A stretch of DNA of 58,247 bases. Source: Chromera velia. Lineage: Eukaryota. The position numbers and the translations under genes were made by a program. The notes below the pieces were generated by a model. It did not search any database. It had not been told where the DNA came from and saw only the letters and a program-made list of their open reading frames with translations. Of this stretch, positions 38,440-51,179 are shown one piece after another. Where the stretch lies: the NCBI GenBank assembly GCA_018398765.1, contig JAHBMJ010000112.1:186001-244247 (forward strand), given 5' to 3'. Numbering within the stretch: the stretch's first letter is position 1; every line of letters starts with the position of its first letter.

Positions 38440-39226
38440 GCTAGGTTGGATCATGACAGCTCAGCAATTCCTCCACTTCATACAGAAGGCCGTGAGAAAC
38501 GAAGACACATTCAAACACACAGACAGATAGACAGACAGACAGACAGACAGACACACATACACACATACACACACATACACACACACACACACATACACAT
38601 ACACACACACACACAAACGCATGCACACAAAGAAATCCCTCTTCCTTTTGTCCGCCTCTGTCTTCTTTCCCCCTTTTCTGGCTGAAGGTCTTTTTTTCTT
38701 GCTCCAAGTTTTCGACTTCTCTGTCTCCATGCATGAATGCGTGACTGCGAACAGAGAGATGGTACAACGGTGTAGGAATGAAGAGGGGAAATTTCCTGCT
38801 GGGTTTTTCGATCCTGCTTTTTCTGCTCTCTTGCCGGCTCTTTCTTTCAGGTATACACACACTCGCACAAACGGATCAAAGAAAGCCGAGAAAAACAAAG
38901 AGAAGCAGAGACAGACAGGAAGAGAGAGAAGGGGGGGGACGGGCGGAACGTCGGATGCAAAATTGGTCCCCCTCCTCTCCTACTCGTGACACACTCAAGA
39001 GCTACGCAAGCACGCGAGAAAAAATAAATCACAGCAGAGAAGGGCGACTGAGGAGGATCACAGAAACAGAAGGGGGGGAGGCAAATTAAGGGAAACATCA
39101 TCTAAGTGTCAAAGAAGGAAAAAACGATCGAGCGCAGGGGAACAGTGGAGCGGGTTGAGAAGACGAAGACACACACACGCGCGCGCGGATACACACACCA
39201 CGTACGCAGTCTACATAGTCTCTCTN

Positions 39227-39261
<35 letters not shown>

Positions 39262-39527
39262 GACGAGAAAGAGAGCGTCACTTAAAAACTGCTGACTGAC
39301 TAAGTGACCGGCTCCCTCATTCACTCACTTACCGTCACTCACTCACCAATAGTCATTTATTGATTCACGCACCCACTCACCGCCACCTATTCCTTCCTTC
39401 CTTCCTTCCTTCCTTCCTCCCGTCCGTCCGTCCATTCATTCATTCATCGTCAGACAACAACATCGTCAGACACAAATTGACAGAAAGATAGACAGACAGA
39501 CAGACTATATGCTTCTTCTTCTTCTCC

Positions 39528-39561
<34 letters not shown>

Positions 39562-41000
39562 TAAGAAGACAGGCAGACAGACAAACAAACGCAAAGACAG
39601 AGAAACAGAGAGACAGATAGAGATACAGATGGAGAGACATGCATACAGACACCGACAGACACCTAAAACAAACACCAACAGAAGAAACAAACAAACTAAC
39701 CTTCATATCTCTGCAGGTGGGTGGAGTTCTGGGGGCACCCTTTCTTGCGCATCAAAGCTTGGAGTTGATTGGGATCTGCACCTGTACCCTTGTGACCGAC
39801 CTACTCGCACATCTCGTACATCCTAGCGTACATCATATGCTTGGCATGCAGGTCGTAGAAATTCATGGCGGCTTCCGGCATGTTCATCACGGCACCTGCT
39901 AAACTGAGACACATACAGAAAGAGAGACAGACAGAGAGAGAGGGGGNNNNNNNNNNNNNNNNNNNNNNNNNNNNNNNNNNNNNNNNNNNNNNNNNNNNNN
40001 NNNNNNNNNNNNNNNNNNNNNNNNNNNNNNNNNNNNNNNNNNNNNNNNNNNNNNNNNNNNNNNNNNNNNNNNNNNNNNNNNNNNNNNNNNNNNNNNNNNN
40101 NNNNNNNNNNNNNNNNNNNNNNNNNNNNNNNNNNNNNNNNNNNNNNNNNNNNNNNNNNNNNNNNNNNNNNNNNNNNNNNNNNNNNNNNNNNNNNNNNNNN
40201 NNNNNNNNNNNNNNNNNNNNNNNNNNNNNNNNNNNNNNNNNNNNNNNNNNNNNNGGGGGGGGGGGGGAGAGAGAAAGAGAGAGATGTATTCAAAAGTTAA
40301 GGTACGTTTTCAGCGCAAGCCTTTCCTTCTGCCAGTCCATCTGTTTGCCTGTCTGTCCGCATGTGTGACAACCGTGCATGACAGCCAGAGCACTCTCAGT
40401 CTCTGCCTCAAACTGTTACCCTCCCTGGAAGGCAAATTGGGACGCTACAAAATGAAAGAAGAGGACAAAAGGAAGAGTTAAGACCGACTAAGAGAGCCAA
40501 GGAGACCAATTCGGACGCTTTGGTCACACACCCTCACCTCTCAAACAGGGCTGCATGAGGGCAGAGGAAAAAAGGCCGGCACTTGTTTTCCAACAAATAC
40601 GCTTTCAAACATACTGACGCACACACAGACTTACACAAACTCTTTTGTGTGCATACGCACACACATATATGCATCCCTGCAAACGAGAAACACAGCCAGA
40701 ATCGATGATAGTACCCTAGACAGCTTATATCTGACCTGCGATCTTGGTCATGGCCATCTGGCTGTTGAAGAGTCCTGTCTTAAAAGGGTTTGTCTGGGTG
40801 CCCGTGACACCACTTGCCACGAACATCAATTCGAAGTGGCTGTGCGGCTCTTGTTGAGGCAATGCATTCACAAAGATGCCACGCGCGAACTCCCGGAAAG
40901 CAGCACGGAGCTCCTTGCAACCGGCTGGCGACCTGTTGGGGAGCCTCACAGAGCAACCCGCAGTCATGGCTGTCGGAGCGAACATCGTAGAGGAGACAAA
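38440..41000 (-). pseudogene. Possible spliced gene or pseudogene of unknown function spanning an assembly gap
   Basis: Coding-like exons ~40985-40735 (MFAPTAMTAG..MTKIA|gtcag) and ~39895-39702 (GAVMNMPEAAMNFYDLHAKH..EMCE*VGHKG..QRYE|gttagt, with an internal TAG), separated by microsatellite introns. No known motif. Confidence 0.35.
39947..40254. other. Assembly gap (other N-runs at 38242-38265 and 41672-41712)
   Basis: Runs of N flanked by G/C homopolymers. Confidence 0.99.
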
Positions 41001-42389
41001 AGCAGACGGCAAGGCGGGTGAAAGAAAGCAGAAAGAATGTCTGATAACAGTATATGCAGACTGCTGCGAACAACACAATACAACACTGCACAGCACTGCC
41101 ATGCATCCAGCACTTAAAGTTTAATTGTGTATGCAAATTCAGCAAGCAAGCTCGATCTGGAAGCTGCTCTTGCAATTTGTAATGTTGCATGCAGCCCAAA
41201 TTGCGTCATACGCGCGCATCGCGCGCCGCAGAATTTTGGTCTATACATATATATGGTACGGAGTATATATATGAGTATATATAGAGGGGCGACGGTACAC
41301 AAACTTTGTGTTTTGTCAATTCTGGAGTATATGAACGGGATACACCCAACCAGTTGGGTGAGTGCCTCGGGGGGCTATTTAGGGGTCCACTAATTGATGC
41401 ACACCATCCGGGGCTTGGGCATGTCTAAGTTGTGTCCTGCCATGGGGTGGGGGCCACGGCAGCGAAGTATGCTTTTCGGGACTGCGCACGCGTCGCATGT
41501 ATGTGCAACTCCGTGCGAGTTACTTGAGGGGCACGCATGAGCAATTAAAGTATAATTAAGGTTCCGGCATGCACGATCGCGGCTCCATACGAGTTGCTTG
41601 AGGGGCACATCTTAGAACTCGGGCAACACTAACCATGACGGAGACAGAACCGATCCCCCCCCCCCCCAAAANNNNNNNNNNNNNNNNNNNNNNNNNNNNN
41701 NNNNNNNNNNNNCCCCCAAAAATGAAAAAATGTGTTATGCGAGTGCGTCGATCTCAGGGCCTCTCGGCGCCTCTCAGCTGATCTCAGCAGAGCTGAGTTG
41801 CCCTCCGAGGCGATATACGGAGTCAGTCTGCATGACTGATGCATGCCGGGGCCCAGGGCCTCGGTTCTTATTTAAACCCGCGACCTGGCTTAAGGGGTAA
41901 CGCGCAAAGTTGCCCAACTTCGACACCCATATCCGTCATGCAATACAACAGCTCCGTGCAACTCCCCCGCGAAACTGAACTTAACCACGAAAAAAGCCCA
42001 AACGTGCCCCTCAAGCATATTTAAGCGTAAACATCGGGGCCGCACTGCATGAGATCCACAAGAAATGACTGCATGAGTTAGACTGACCTACAAGCATAAG
42101 CTAGCTACGATCTTCGATGATAAAAAAGAACTGCATGGTATTGGACAGACGTAGTTGCAAATTCTCCTGTATATCTGGACCAGATGGAGGTAACAGGCCC
42201 ACCAGTAAGTTTGAATTTGCAGTCAATCCTACGTCTGTACATGCAGCTAAGCAGCAGCTTTTTGACTGACCTTCCTACGAGAATGAGTGTACTTTGCACA
42301 GTTCAATCAAGCATTTTTCTGGACGCGTGTCGGGAGAATCGAATCTTCAGGCCAGAATTCCTATATGAAGATAGATACGTAGACGTTGA

Positions 42390-44520
42390 ACTTCTTTCTA
42401 CTTTTATCTTTCTCTCTGTTTGCATGACAGCCTCTCCACTTCCATCCTAGGGTGTGATACTCTACGGACGATCCCTAACTACATGTATGGTTCCTACAAC
42501 TTTTTTGATGAAAAAATAAAACTTTAACCCAATTTACGAACTTTAAAAAGCAAAAGAACCCTAAAGAACCACTAATTAGAGTATAGGTCTAAGGTTCAAG
42601 TAAGTTCTAAGTGGTTATAGTTGGTTCTGAGGTCGGTATCACTTCCGGTTCTGGTCATTAGTTCATGAACCGAATGAACAGAGACAAAAACTATTAAAAC
42701 TTTTCTGAACAAGAAGGAACCCAATCAAAACCGTGAGAACCGGGTTTGAACCATCCAAACCAAGCTTTCAACTGATGATTTAGCTCTCCATGATCGATTA
42801 GACTCATGTATGATGGTCAATCAGAGTCATGCATGACCAGACAAATGACATAAATGATCTCAGTCAGTCTTAGACGGTTAAATGAAGCAGAATGAATCGA
42901 ACCGGACCCCGCGCGAACGCAAAAACAACGGCCAGACAGATGGAACGAGGCGGAGGCTTAGCCCAAGGCAATAGGGATCAGTGGTATTTTTTTGGGGGGT
43001 TCATGAGGCCGTTGTGGTTGAAGATGGTCTGAGAGTTGAGACTGAAGAGCTTACACGTCTTGAGACAGCCTTTCAAAAGTTAGAAGAACAGTCTGACGAC
43101 AACTAAATGCATAGAAAGTGCACAGAAAGTTGGTTCTCGTCGGTTCCAGCCAGTTCAGGTGAGTTCTATTTTGAGTTCCTGAACCACCCTTCTAGATATT
43201 TTGGAACTTTACCTGGCACCTAGCAGTTTTCTTGCCATAACTGAAAAGATTTACAAGCTAGTGACTCTATTTATGTTGCAATGTGGTTCTTTTTAGCTCA
43301 GAACCACAAAAAACATACTTTTAGAATGTAGGTTGTTGTTTAAAACCCTATGGGGAGGAGGTTATAATTAATTTTTTTTTTTAATTTTTTAGTATCATAT
43401 CCTAGCTTCCATCTTTCTTTCTCTCTGCATGACAGCCTCTCAACTTCCATCTTTCTGTCTATTTGCATGACGGCCTCTCCACTTTCATTGTTCTGTCTAT
43501 TTACATGACGGCCTCTCCACTTTCATCGTTCTGTTTGTTTGTATGGCGGCCTCTCGTTCTGTCTGTTTGTATGACAGCCTCTCCATTTTCATCATTCTGT
43601 CTGTTTGCATGATGGCCTCTCCACTTTGATCGTTCTGTCTGTTTGCATGACGGCCTCTCCACTTCCATCTTTCTGTCTGTTTTCATGACGGCCTCTCCAC
43701 TCCTATCTTTCTGTCTGTTTGCACGAAGGCCTCTCTACTTCCATCTTTCTGTCTGTTTGCACGACGGCCTCTCCACTCCCATCTTTCTGTCTATTTGCAT
43801 GACGACCTCTCCACTTTCATATTCCCATCTTTTCTTTTTGCTTGCCTGGTGGGTCTCTGCTTTCTTCTGTCATGTTTGCTTCCATGACGGCTTTCCGTGC
43901 TTCCATCTTAATTTTCCTGCCAGTGTGTTTGACCACCTCTCTACTTGCATCGTTCCTGCATGTTGACTTGCATGAAAGCGTCTTTGCTTCCATGTTTCCT
44001 GCCGGTTTGGATGACGTATTCTCAGCTTCCACCTTCGCTGTTTGCTTGCATGCCGACTCTCCACTTTTATCTATCTTACCAGCTTGTATGACCACTTTCC
44101 GCTAGCTTCCATCTTTCCTGCCTGCATGTTAAGGGCCTCTCCAGTTTCATGAATCTTTTTTGTCGACTTGCATGAAAGCTTTTCCGCTTTCATGTTTCCT
44201 GTCGGTTTGTGTGACGTCTTCTGAGGTTCCATCTTTTCTGTGCATGCACGATGACTTTCCACTTTCCTCCACTTTCGTCCGTCTTGCCTGCTTGCATGAC
44301 GGGTTTCGGCGCTCCCATCTTTCTTGCCTGCGTATATGACGGCCTCTCCAGTTTCATCAATCTTTCCTATCTGCTAGCCCGTCTGCTTGCAGAAAGTTCG
44401 CTTCACTTTCATCTTCCTTGTCTCCTCACATAAAGACCTTTCAGTCTTCATCTTTCTTGTCTGTCTGCGTATATGACGTCTGCTCCAGTTTCATTTTTCT
44501 GGTTTTCTTTTCTGTTTTCA
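42390..44520. repeat. 38-bp minisatellite (consensus ~TGCATGACGGCCTCTCCACTTTCATCGTTCTGTCTGTT), split by a TIR element and degenerate after ~43830
   Basis: About ten clear tandem copies at 43406-43830, one to two at 42390-42446, diverged copies to ~44520, and further copies near 51075-51170. Confidence 0.9.
42447..43405. mobile_element. Non-autonomous hAT-like DNA transposon (959 bp) with CTAGGGT termini
   Basis: Left CTAGGGTGTGATACT, right AGTATCATATCCTAG (13/15; both mismatches are transitions). Perfect 8-bp TSD CTTCCATC (42439-42446, 43406-43413). Removing the element restores the 38-bp unit. Many GAACC/GGTTC internal motifs. Confidence 0.9.
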
Positions 44521-44647
44521 TATGCTTGGATGCTGGCTTTTCCTAGACCAAATAGAATGTCTTTGCCTTCCTAAAATTTGAAAAGCAGAATCATTGGGAG
44601 GATGGAGTTTACAACACTTAAAAAACAACAAAAACTTTCTTACATGG

Positions 44648-44875
44648 TATAAGGAATTCACGTGTCAGTACAGAGTTCGGGGAGGAGAGGATGAGCGAAT
44701 GCGCCTCACCTTGAATAAGTGAATGTAGATCGATCAGTTTCTCCTATACGGTGCATGCACAGTTTGTAGTGTTGCAGATTTGCATAGCTTGTAGTGCGCT
44801 GAGCCCAGGCTAAAGTCTCTGGGACCGCGGCCATGAAAGGCCGGCGTCAATCAACCCCGGACGCAATCTCCAACA
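44648..44875 (-). repeat. 3' LTR of Copia element 2
   Basis: 12 differences from 50435-50662 by manual alignment. Confidence 0.95.
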
Positions 44876-44994
44876 ATCACCCCCTGACTCGAACATTCAC
44901 AGGAGAGTCACCTCTTTTCTTAGCTTTCGATCGACATGTCTTTGCGAAATCTACCATTCCAGGACCTCTTTTCACATGCACTTTCTTCTTCGCT

Positions 44995-47900
44995 TCAACC
45001 TGAGGCGCTTAACTCCCTCTCTCCTTTTCCAATTTGTATTTCGTGTGTCTGTCTGCCCGCTGCCGATCAGTAGAAACTCAAAGCACCCGCGCCTTCAACG
45101 CTCTCAGCTCCTGCTGTACATACTTCAACAATCCATCCATCCGGGGCTCTCGCTTCAAATATCCACTCTCCAATTGCTCCATGAGAGGAGCGCTGTCTGT
45201 ATAAATCTCTACCTCCAGCGGCTTTATTCACAACGCCTCTGCAAGATGCTTTCATTGAAAAGATTGTTTTACACCATCTACAAGCGCACAAAGCTCTGCA
45301 GAGGTCGAAGAAATCAGCTTCCTTTTAATTCGTTTACTCTTCCATACCACCAGATTCGTTCTTCTCATTCCCTCAATCTTTTCCTTCTTGTCAACCAAGT
45401 AAGCCTCAAAGCCCCCTCTTCCTTCACAACGGGAAAGAGAATACACAGCATCCACAAACAAAGCAAGCTTCGGATCAATCACGCCCTCAAAACGCAAACT
45501 GTCGTTCTTTTCACGAGCTCTGATGAGGGCAAGCAAAGCAGCAACAAGCTTCGAACCAGTCGGGGGGGAACTGTAACAAGACAACTCACTGAAAACAAAA
45601 GTAAGATCGGCAGACGTCTGACACACCCAACCAAGCACACCCATCACTTTCATCATCACTGCAACCAGGTCTTCTTCTTTCTCTTCTTCCTTCTCTTCAT
45701 TCAGCATCTCAGGGGAAAGAGACTTGCGAGGCAAATCGTCTGTCTGAACAGGAATGGACTTCAAGTATACCTCCTGGCTGATCTCAAACCCGCTTTCATT
45801 CTTTCTCACCTCCAAACCCATGTAGCCCATTTCACCCCCCGTAGAGAGAATTTCTGGCTCATCCATTTTCAAACGCTGTCTCAAAGGTTCAAAGTCACGA
45901 GCAGAGTCGGCAGAAAAAATGAGCAAATCATCAACGTGAACAGCCATCACTGCTTTCACCTTCTTCTCTTCATCTTTCAACACAAAGATGCTCTCAACGA
46001 TTTCCTCCCATCCTTCTTCTGCTGCAATCCGTTTGAAATGCTTTCCATATAGACGAGGGGCATCTTTCAATCCATACATGGCTCTCTCTAGCTGACCGAT
46101 AACTCCAGGTGCGAATCCTTCCGGGGAACCCATTGGGACGCGTCCTGGCAGCTGCACAAACACTTTATCTTGAATGGATGCAGTCAGGAACGCAGTGCGC
46201 ACATCTGACTTACCGATCGTCTACCCCTGACTGGATGCAAACATAAAGCAAACCAAAAGAGCCCACCAAGCAGCTGTCCCACTGTACGTCTCAACGTTCT
46301 TTTGGTCATCTTGAAATCTTTTACACACAAGACGGGCTTTCGGCTTTCTCTCTTTCCCTTTCATCTTCCATGTCAGCACCTATCTGGTTTTCATTGCTCT
46401 TCTCTTCTGCGGTATTCTTACTCCGTTTATTTTCAACACTTTATTCTCCTCAAAGCTTTTCAATTCCCCTCGCATCGCTTCATCAAAGAGGCCTTTCTCT
46501 ACCTCTTCTTCCTTCGCATCAGTGTGCCCCTTCCTTGGGTTCACATGCTTCATCATCTGGTCGACCACTTTCTTATCCACCACAAGTCTCTGTGGCGCCT
46601 TTCTGAATCCATTTCCTTCTCTCCTCACTTTCTTTCTTTCACCTTCCTTACTATCGTCCTGTGCTACCTGCACCCTCTTCCCTTCCTGTGCTCCTTGCAC
46701 TTTCTTATCATCCTGTGCTTCCTGCACTCCCTCCGTTTCTCTGCTGCCTTGCTGCTCTCCTTCACGTGCAAGAAAACTAGCAAAGGCTGCGGCCCCCCCA
46801 GACTCCCCAAGCAAGTTGAGGCCAAACAATGAATCGTCATCTGGAATGTCTGGCAGGACGACTTCTCCTTCTCCCTCTTTCTCTGCTGGCTGTGCTGCCT
46901 AAACAGGTTTACAACCCTGCCCTGACTGCTTTTCCTTTTCCTCTCCACCCTCCACCCCCTGCTGCTGACTTCGCAACTCCAGGTGGCCTGCCTGAAGTTG
47001 AGAGCCTGCTGCAAATGGAGGAGGGAAAGGGACAGGTGCAGAAACAGAAGACACAGACTCTCCCACAATATGATCCAGCTGCCTGACGGCCGCTGACGGA
47101 ACAGAGTCGGGAAAGATTGCCTGCAACTTGGAGGAGGAGACAACAGCTTCAGGGTCCGCACCCCCTGCAGCAAGAACATCGACTTCTCTGTCTTCATCGA
47201 CGTCGAAATCGGAAAAACGATCAACATCATCAGCAGGTGCAGCTGCTAACTCAGACACTCCATTCAAAAAGTTAGAAGACACATTCAAACCATACCATTC
47301 AATCAAAAACACAGCACTCGGATGCACACGTAAAGGTCTCCATCCTTTCCCACTGTCTGTCTTCACAAGAACACACACGACAGAGTCGCTTTCGACTCCA
47401 GCAAAGAACCCTTCCTTTCCCCTGACAGGCATAGCAGAAGAGGGAATCGGACGAGAGTCAGTCACAAAAATACGATCACCGACAGAGATGGGGGAAATGG
47501 GACGAGCAGACAAGCAGCCTTAACACCAAACACAAACGCATTGGGCGACTTACCCGTCGCAGATGAAACACATTCATTCAAAGAATCAATCACACCACTC
47601 AACAACCACTTCGCACAATATTTTGGCAAATTCAAATCCGCAAGCAACTTCCAGAGCAATCTTTTCACTGTACGATTCATTTTCTCTACTTGCGCTTGGG
47701 ACTGGGGAGTGTAGATGCTTCCTTTCTTATGAAAGATGGACTCCTGATCATACACATGCTCGTACTATCCCTTCTTTTCACCCACAAATTCCCTTCCGTT
47801 GTCAGTGCAAAGCGTTGCAGGCTTTCCTTTGACTTTCAGCTTCTCACCCAGTCTCTCCCATCTTCTTACCCATGCAGTCAGATGTCTTACTGCCTTCCTT

Positions 47901-50392
47901 TTCGAAAGCAGAACCATGCCAGAAACAAAACGAGTTGCAGCATCGACAATCAAAGACACAGGGGTACCACCAGGTAAAAACATGACATCTTGATAAATGA
48001 CTTCATTGAATTCCTTTGCTTGCATGCCTTCCTGGCTCTTCTGAGGAATACGATGCATTACAGCATTTACATGCTTGCACTGTCTGCACACATGCCTCAC
48101 TTGATCACACGCCTCTCTGCTCACATACGACATAATGCCTTTCTCTTTCATTGTTTCATACAGTCACACACCAGTCGCATGCCCAAATCTCTTATGCCAC
48201 ATCAAAACCTCCCTCGCACTCATCTGACCTTCAGAAGGGAAGCTCACCCTCCGCGATCGATGCGCACCTAACCGAATTGGCGGTCGCTCCTGCAGGGCCC
48301 CTTTCTGACCTCCGTGCTGCAAAAACGCCCACTCACGTGCAAGAGGTCTATCCTTTCTATCTACGTTCAAACACACACAAAGGGGGCCATGCTTCACTGC
48401 CGGACTCTTTGACTGCACGGTGACCCCCTCATGCACACTCAAAACCAGAACGCCTTCCTCCTCTTTCACATGCGCACAAAAACTGCCACCCCTTTTTTCA
48501 GGGAGCTCCACCCAGAATGGCTCATGCACTTTCTGCAAGCGGAGACCATGCACACTCACAAGAGAGACTGGCACAGACCGAGAGAAAGCTCCATCCAAAC
48601 GTGCTGTCCTCCTACGTCCATCCAGACACTCGACTCTAGGGAGATCCACAGTCACGTCGCTCTCTGCTCTTGCGATGTCTCCTTCAACCCCCACAAACTC
48701 ACTGTCCATCTCTTTCACATCAACCACATAGGACTCGATGTCTCTGCCAAAGAAATGCCGGCTGCATCCAGAATCAAGTTGAAGAAGCCGGTGGTTGATT
48801 GAATCAACCACCGGCTTCTTCACCACCCATTTTATTCCACCCCCTCTCGCTCCACCTGCACGCCCCATAGCGTGTGGTCACAGTTTTGTCACGTCCTGCC
48901 CGGGACGGCTCTCCCTCTCTTCTTCAGCAAGCAATGCAAAGCGATTGGAAACCCGTATGCCGGGGAAATGCACTGCACTCTGCACCCCCGAATGTGGTCA
49001 TCTCCCTCCCTGTCCCCCAGAGGAGGACGAGGAAGACTGCTGCTGCTGGCTTCTGTTGGGATCTTGGCTGGGAGGAGGGGGAACCCAAGGGTGAGGCTCG
49101 ATTCTGGGCTGCCCCGCACGCTTGCGCGCACAGTTCTTCTCGAAGTGGCTCATGTCTTGGCACTACCAGCACCTCTTCGGTCCCCACGGCTGCTGCTGCT
49201 GTTGAGGGGGAGACTGCTGGGAGGAGCGCTGACCGTTCTGTCTGTTCCCCTGATTTCTGAATCCACCAGATCCCCGACCCCGTCTCTGCTGGCCTCTGAA
49301 GGCTCTCTCTCTACCCCCACTCTGCCTCTGTCTCGCCTTGATCTCTGCATCCCGATCAAAGGATGCAAAGCACTCGAACTCCTTCTTCAGAGTGGCATAG
49401 TCAATCTGTCTGAGATCCAGCTGCCCCCCCAATCCAGGAAGCTTCGATCTGAGGGAGTTGACGAGCTTCATACGCTGGTCGTCCGTGAGGGCATTGACGA
49501 TCATGATGACCTTGGCGGGATCTGCGATCTCCCACTCCGCGTCGTCGGAATCGAGGAGGAGATCCTTGACTCTCTGGTCAATCTTCGTGAACGATAGCAC
49601 CACACCGTTTGGGATGACGATACGACCGTTCCGATCACGGTGGTCGAGGAGCCATGGGAAGACCTGCACACGCTCCTGCACAGCTAGCTGCATCGCCAGC
49701 AGAGTCGAGGAATACTCCTGCTTCATCTTCTCTACAATATCCTCAGGGTTCACCCGCTTCTGTCTCTATCTCCTCACATCTCTCCTGAAGGCCCGAGCAT
49801 CACTTCCTGCCTTGTTCAGAGCGACGATGATGTTGGATCTCCACTCCTCTGTCGACCGGAAGTGTTTCCTCTGCAGGTGCACATTAGAGAACTCCCCCCA
49901 CTGCGACGCAAAGTCGACAATCTCCTTCTTTCCAGCAAACTTCGGGCAGGCGGTCAGGTCCACTTTCTTCGACTGCTTCGACGATCTCTTCTTCCTGCAT
50001 GCGGAACCCACTCTCTGAGCTGCAGAGTGGCGGGAAGACGCATCGGAAGATCCACTCACATCAGACGAGTTAGAGTGGGAGGGAGACGGGTCCTTGTCCG
50101 AGAAGAAAGCCACGGCATCGAAGGGCTTTCGGACTTTCTGAGCCTGAACGGCTCCAGGTGCAAACAGAAAAACAGGGGAAATTCTTTCTTTCTTCTCCAC
50201 CACTGCGGCACTGGTTCGACTAGGTGGAATCCATCTGTCTAACGAGTCTTCTACTCTCTCCTCCTGCTGGCCTGGAGGCGCAGCATCTCTTCAATCGAAC
50301 TCTGCACTGAGTCTGGATAGTTCAGCGCTGATCGGTTCAAGGGCATCATTGAGTAAGCCCCTGAAAAAGCTTTTCATGTCTTCAAAGTTCAT
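44995..50392 (-). pseudogene. gag-pol polyprotein pseudogene of Copia element 2
   Basis: ATG at 50392; zinc knuckle CW*CQDMSHFEKNC; protease LDSGCSRH; WHKRFGH..CRQC; integrase VDAATRF, TDNGREF, YTPQSQAQVEKMNRT; RT KTR*VLTWK..KARLV, DVRTAFL, LERAMYGLKDAP, VHVDDLL; RNase H FVDA..WKSKRIKR..STSAEL. More than ten in-frame stops and a frameshift near 47515. Confidence 0.93.
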
Positions 50393-50434
50393 CTTGACAA
50401 CAAAGTGGCAACAAATCAGTCTGACACACTGATC

Positions 50435-50662
50435 CATAAGGAATTCACGTGTCAGTACAGAGTTCGGGGAGGAGAGGATGAGCGAATGCGCCTCACCTTG
50501 AATAAGTCAATGTGGATCGATCAGTTTCTCCTATATGGTGCATACACAGTTTGTAGTATTGCAGATTTGCATAGCTTGTAGCGCGCTGAGCCCAAGCTGA
50601 AGTCCCTGGGACCGCGGCCGTGAAAGGCTGGCGTCAATCAACCCCGGACGCAATCTCCAACA
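50435..50662 (-). repeat. 5' LTR of Copia element 2
   Basis: Pairs with 44648-44875; runs into TGGATCAG (PBS-like) on the minus strand. Confidence 0.95.
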
Positions 50663-51179
50663 CATGGAATTTCTAGCAGAATTTTTAATATATTCACTAT
50701 AGCAATTAATGCATTGTGAGTTAACGTTTCTATAAAATTCTTCCTGGGTGGGAATTTAGTAGAAAAACTGAATGGACTTACGCTTATTTGTGGCTGAACA
50801 TAGAAAACTATATATAGAAATGAAAAAAATGTATGGATTTATTAATTCAAGTTAAAATTTAAGTACAACTTTGCATAGTTTACCAAATTTTGGATACTTT
50901 TCTTTTAAGAACTTTCAAAGTTCAAATAATTTTTTTTTTATATATATATAGTCAAAATTGTTAAAAATTCTTTTAAATGGTCGATGGTACCGTCGATCGT
51001 GGAATACTGAAAGAACACACATGAACATACCAGAAGTCCTATATAAAGGTAGACACGCAGACGTTGAACTTCTTTCCACTTTCATCTTTTTTACTTAAAT
51101 AACAACCGCTTCTAGCCGCTTCATTTTTATCTTTTTATTTGTTTGCATGATGGTCTTTCCACTTTCATTGATGAATGGA

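Larger units (their letters stand above)
44648..50662 (-). mobile_element. Full-length decayed Ty1/Copia LTR retrotransposon (6015 bp)
   Basis: 228-bp LTRs at 50435-50662 and 44648-44875 starting TGTTGGAG on the minus strand. TSD CATGG (44643-44647, 50663-50667). Polypurine tract AGGGGGTGA next to the 3' LTR. Confidence 0.96.

Noticed and set aside
43406..43830. 38-bp periodic repeat as a CRISPR array
   Set aside because: Head-to-tail degenerate units with no unique spacers, no cas genes, and a eukaryotic context
44976..46052. 358-aa plus-strand ORF
   Set aside because: Antisense shadow of the Copia 2 RT/RNase H, with no independent motifs
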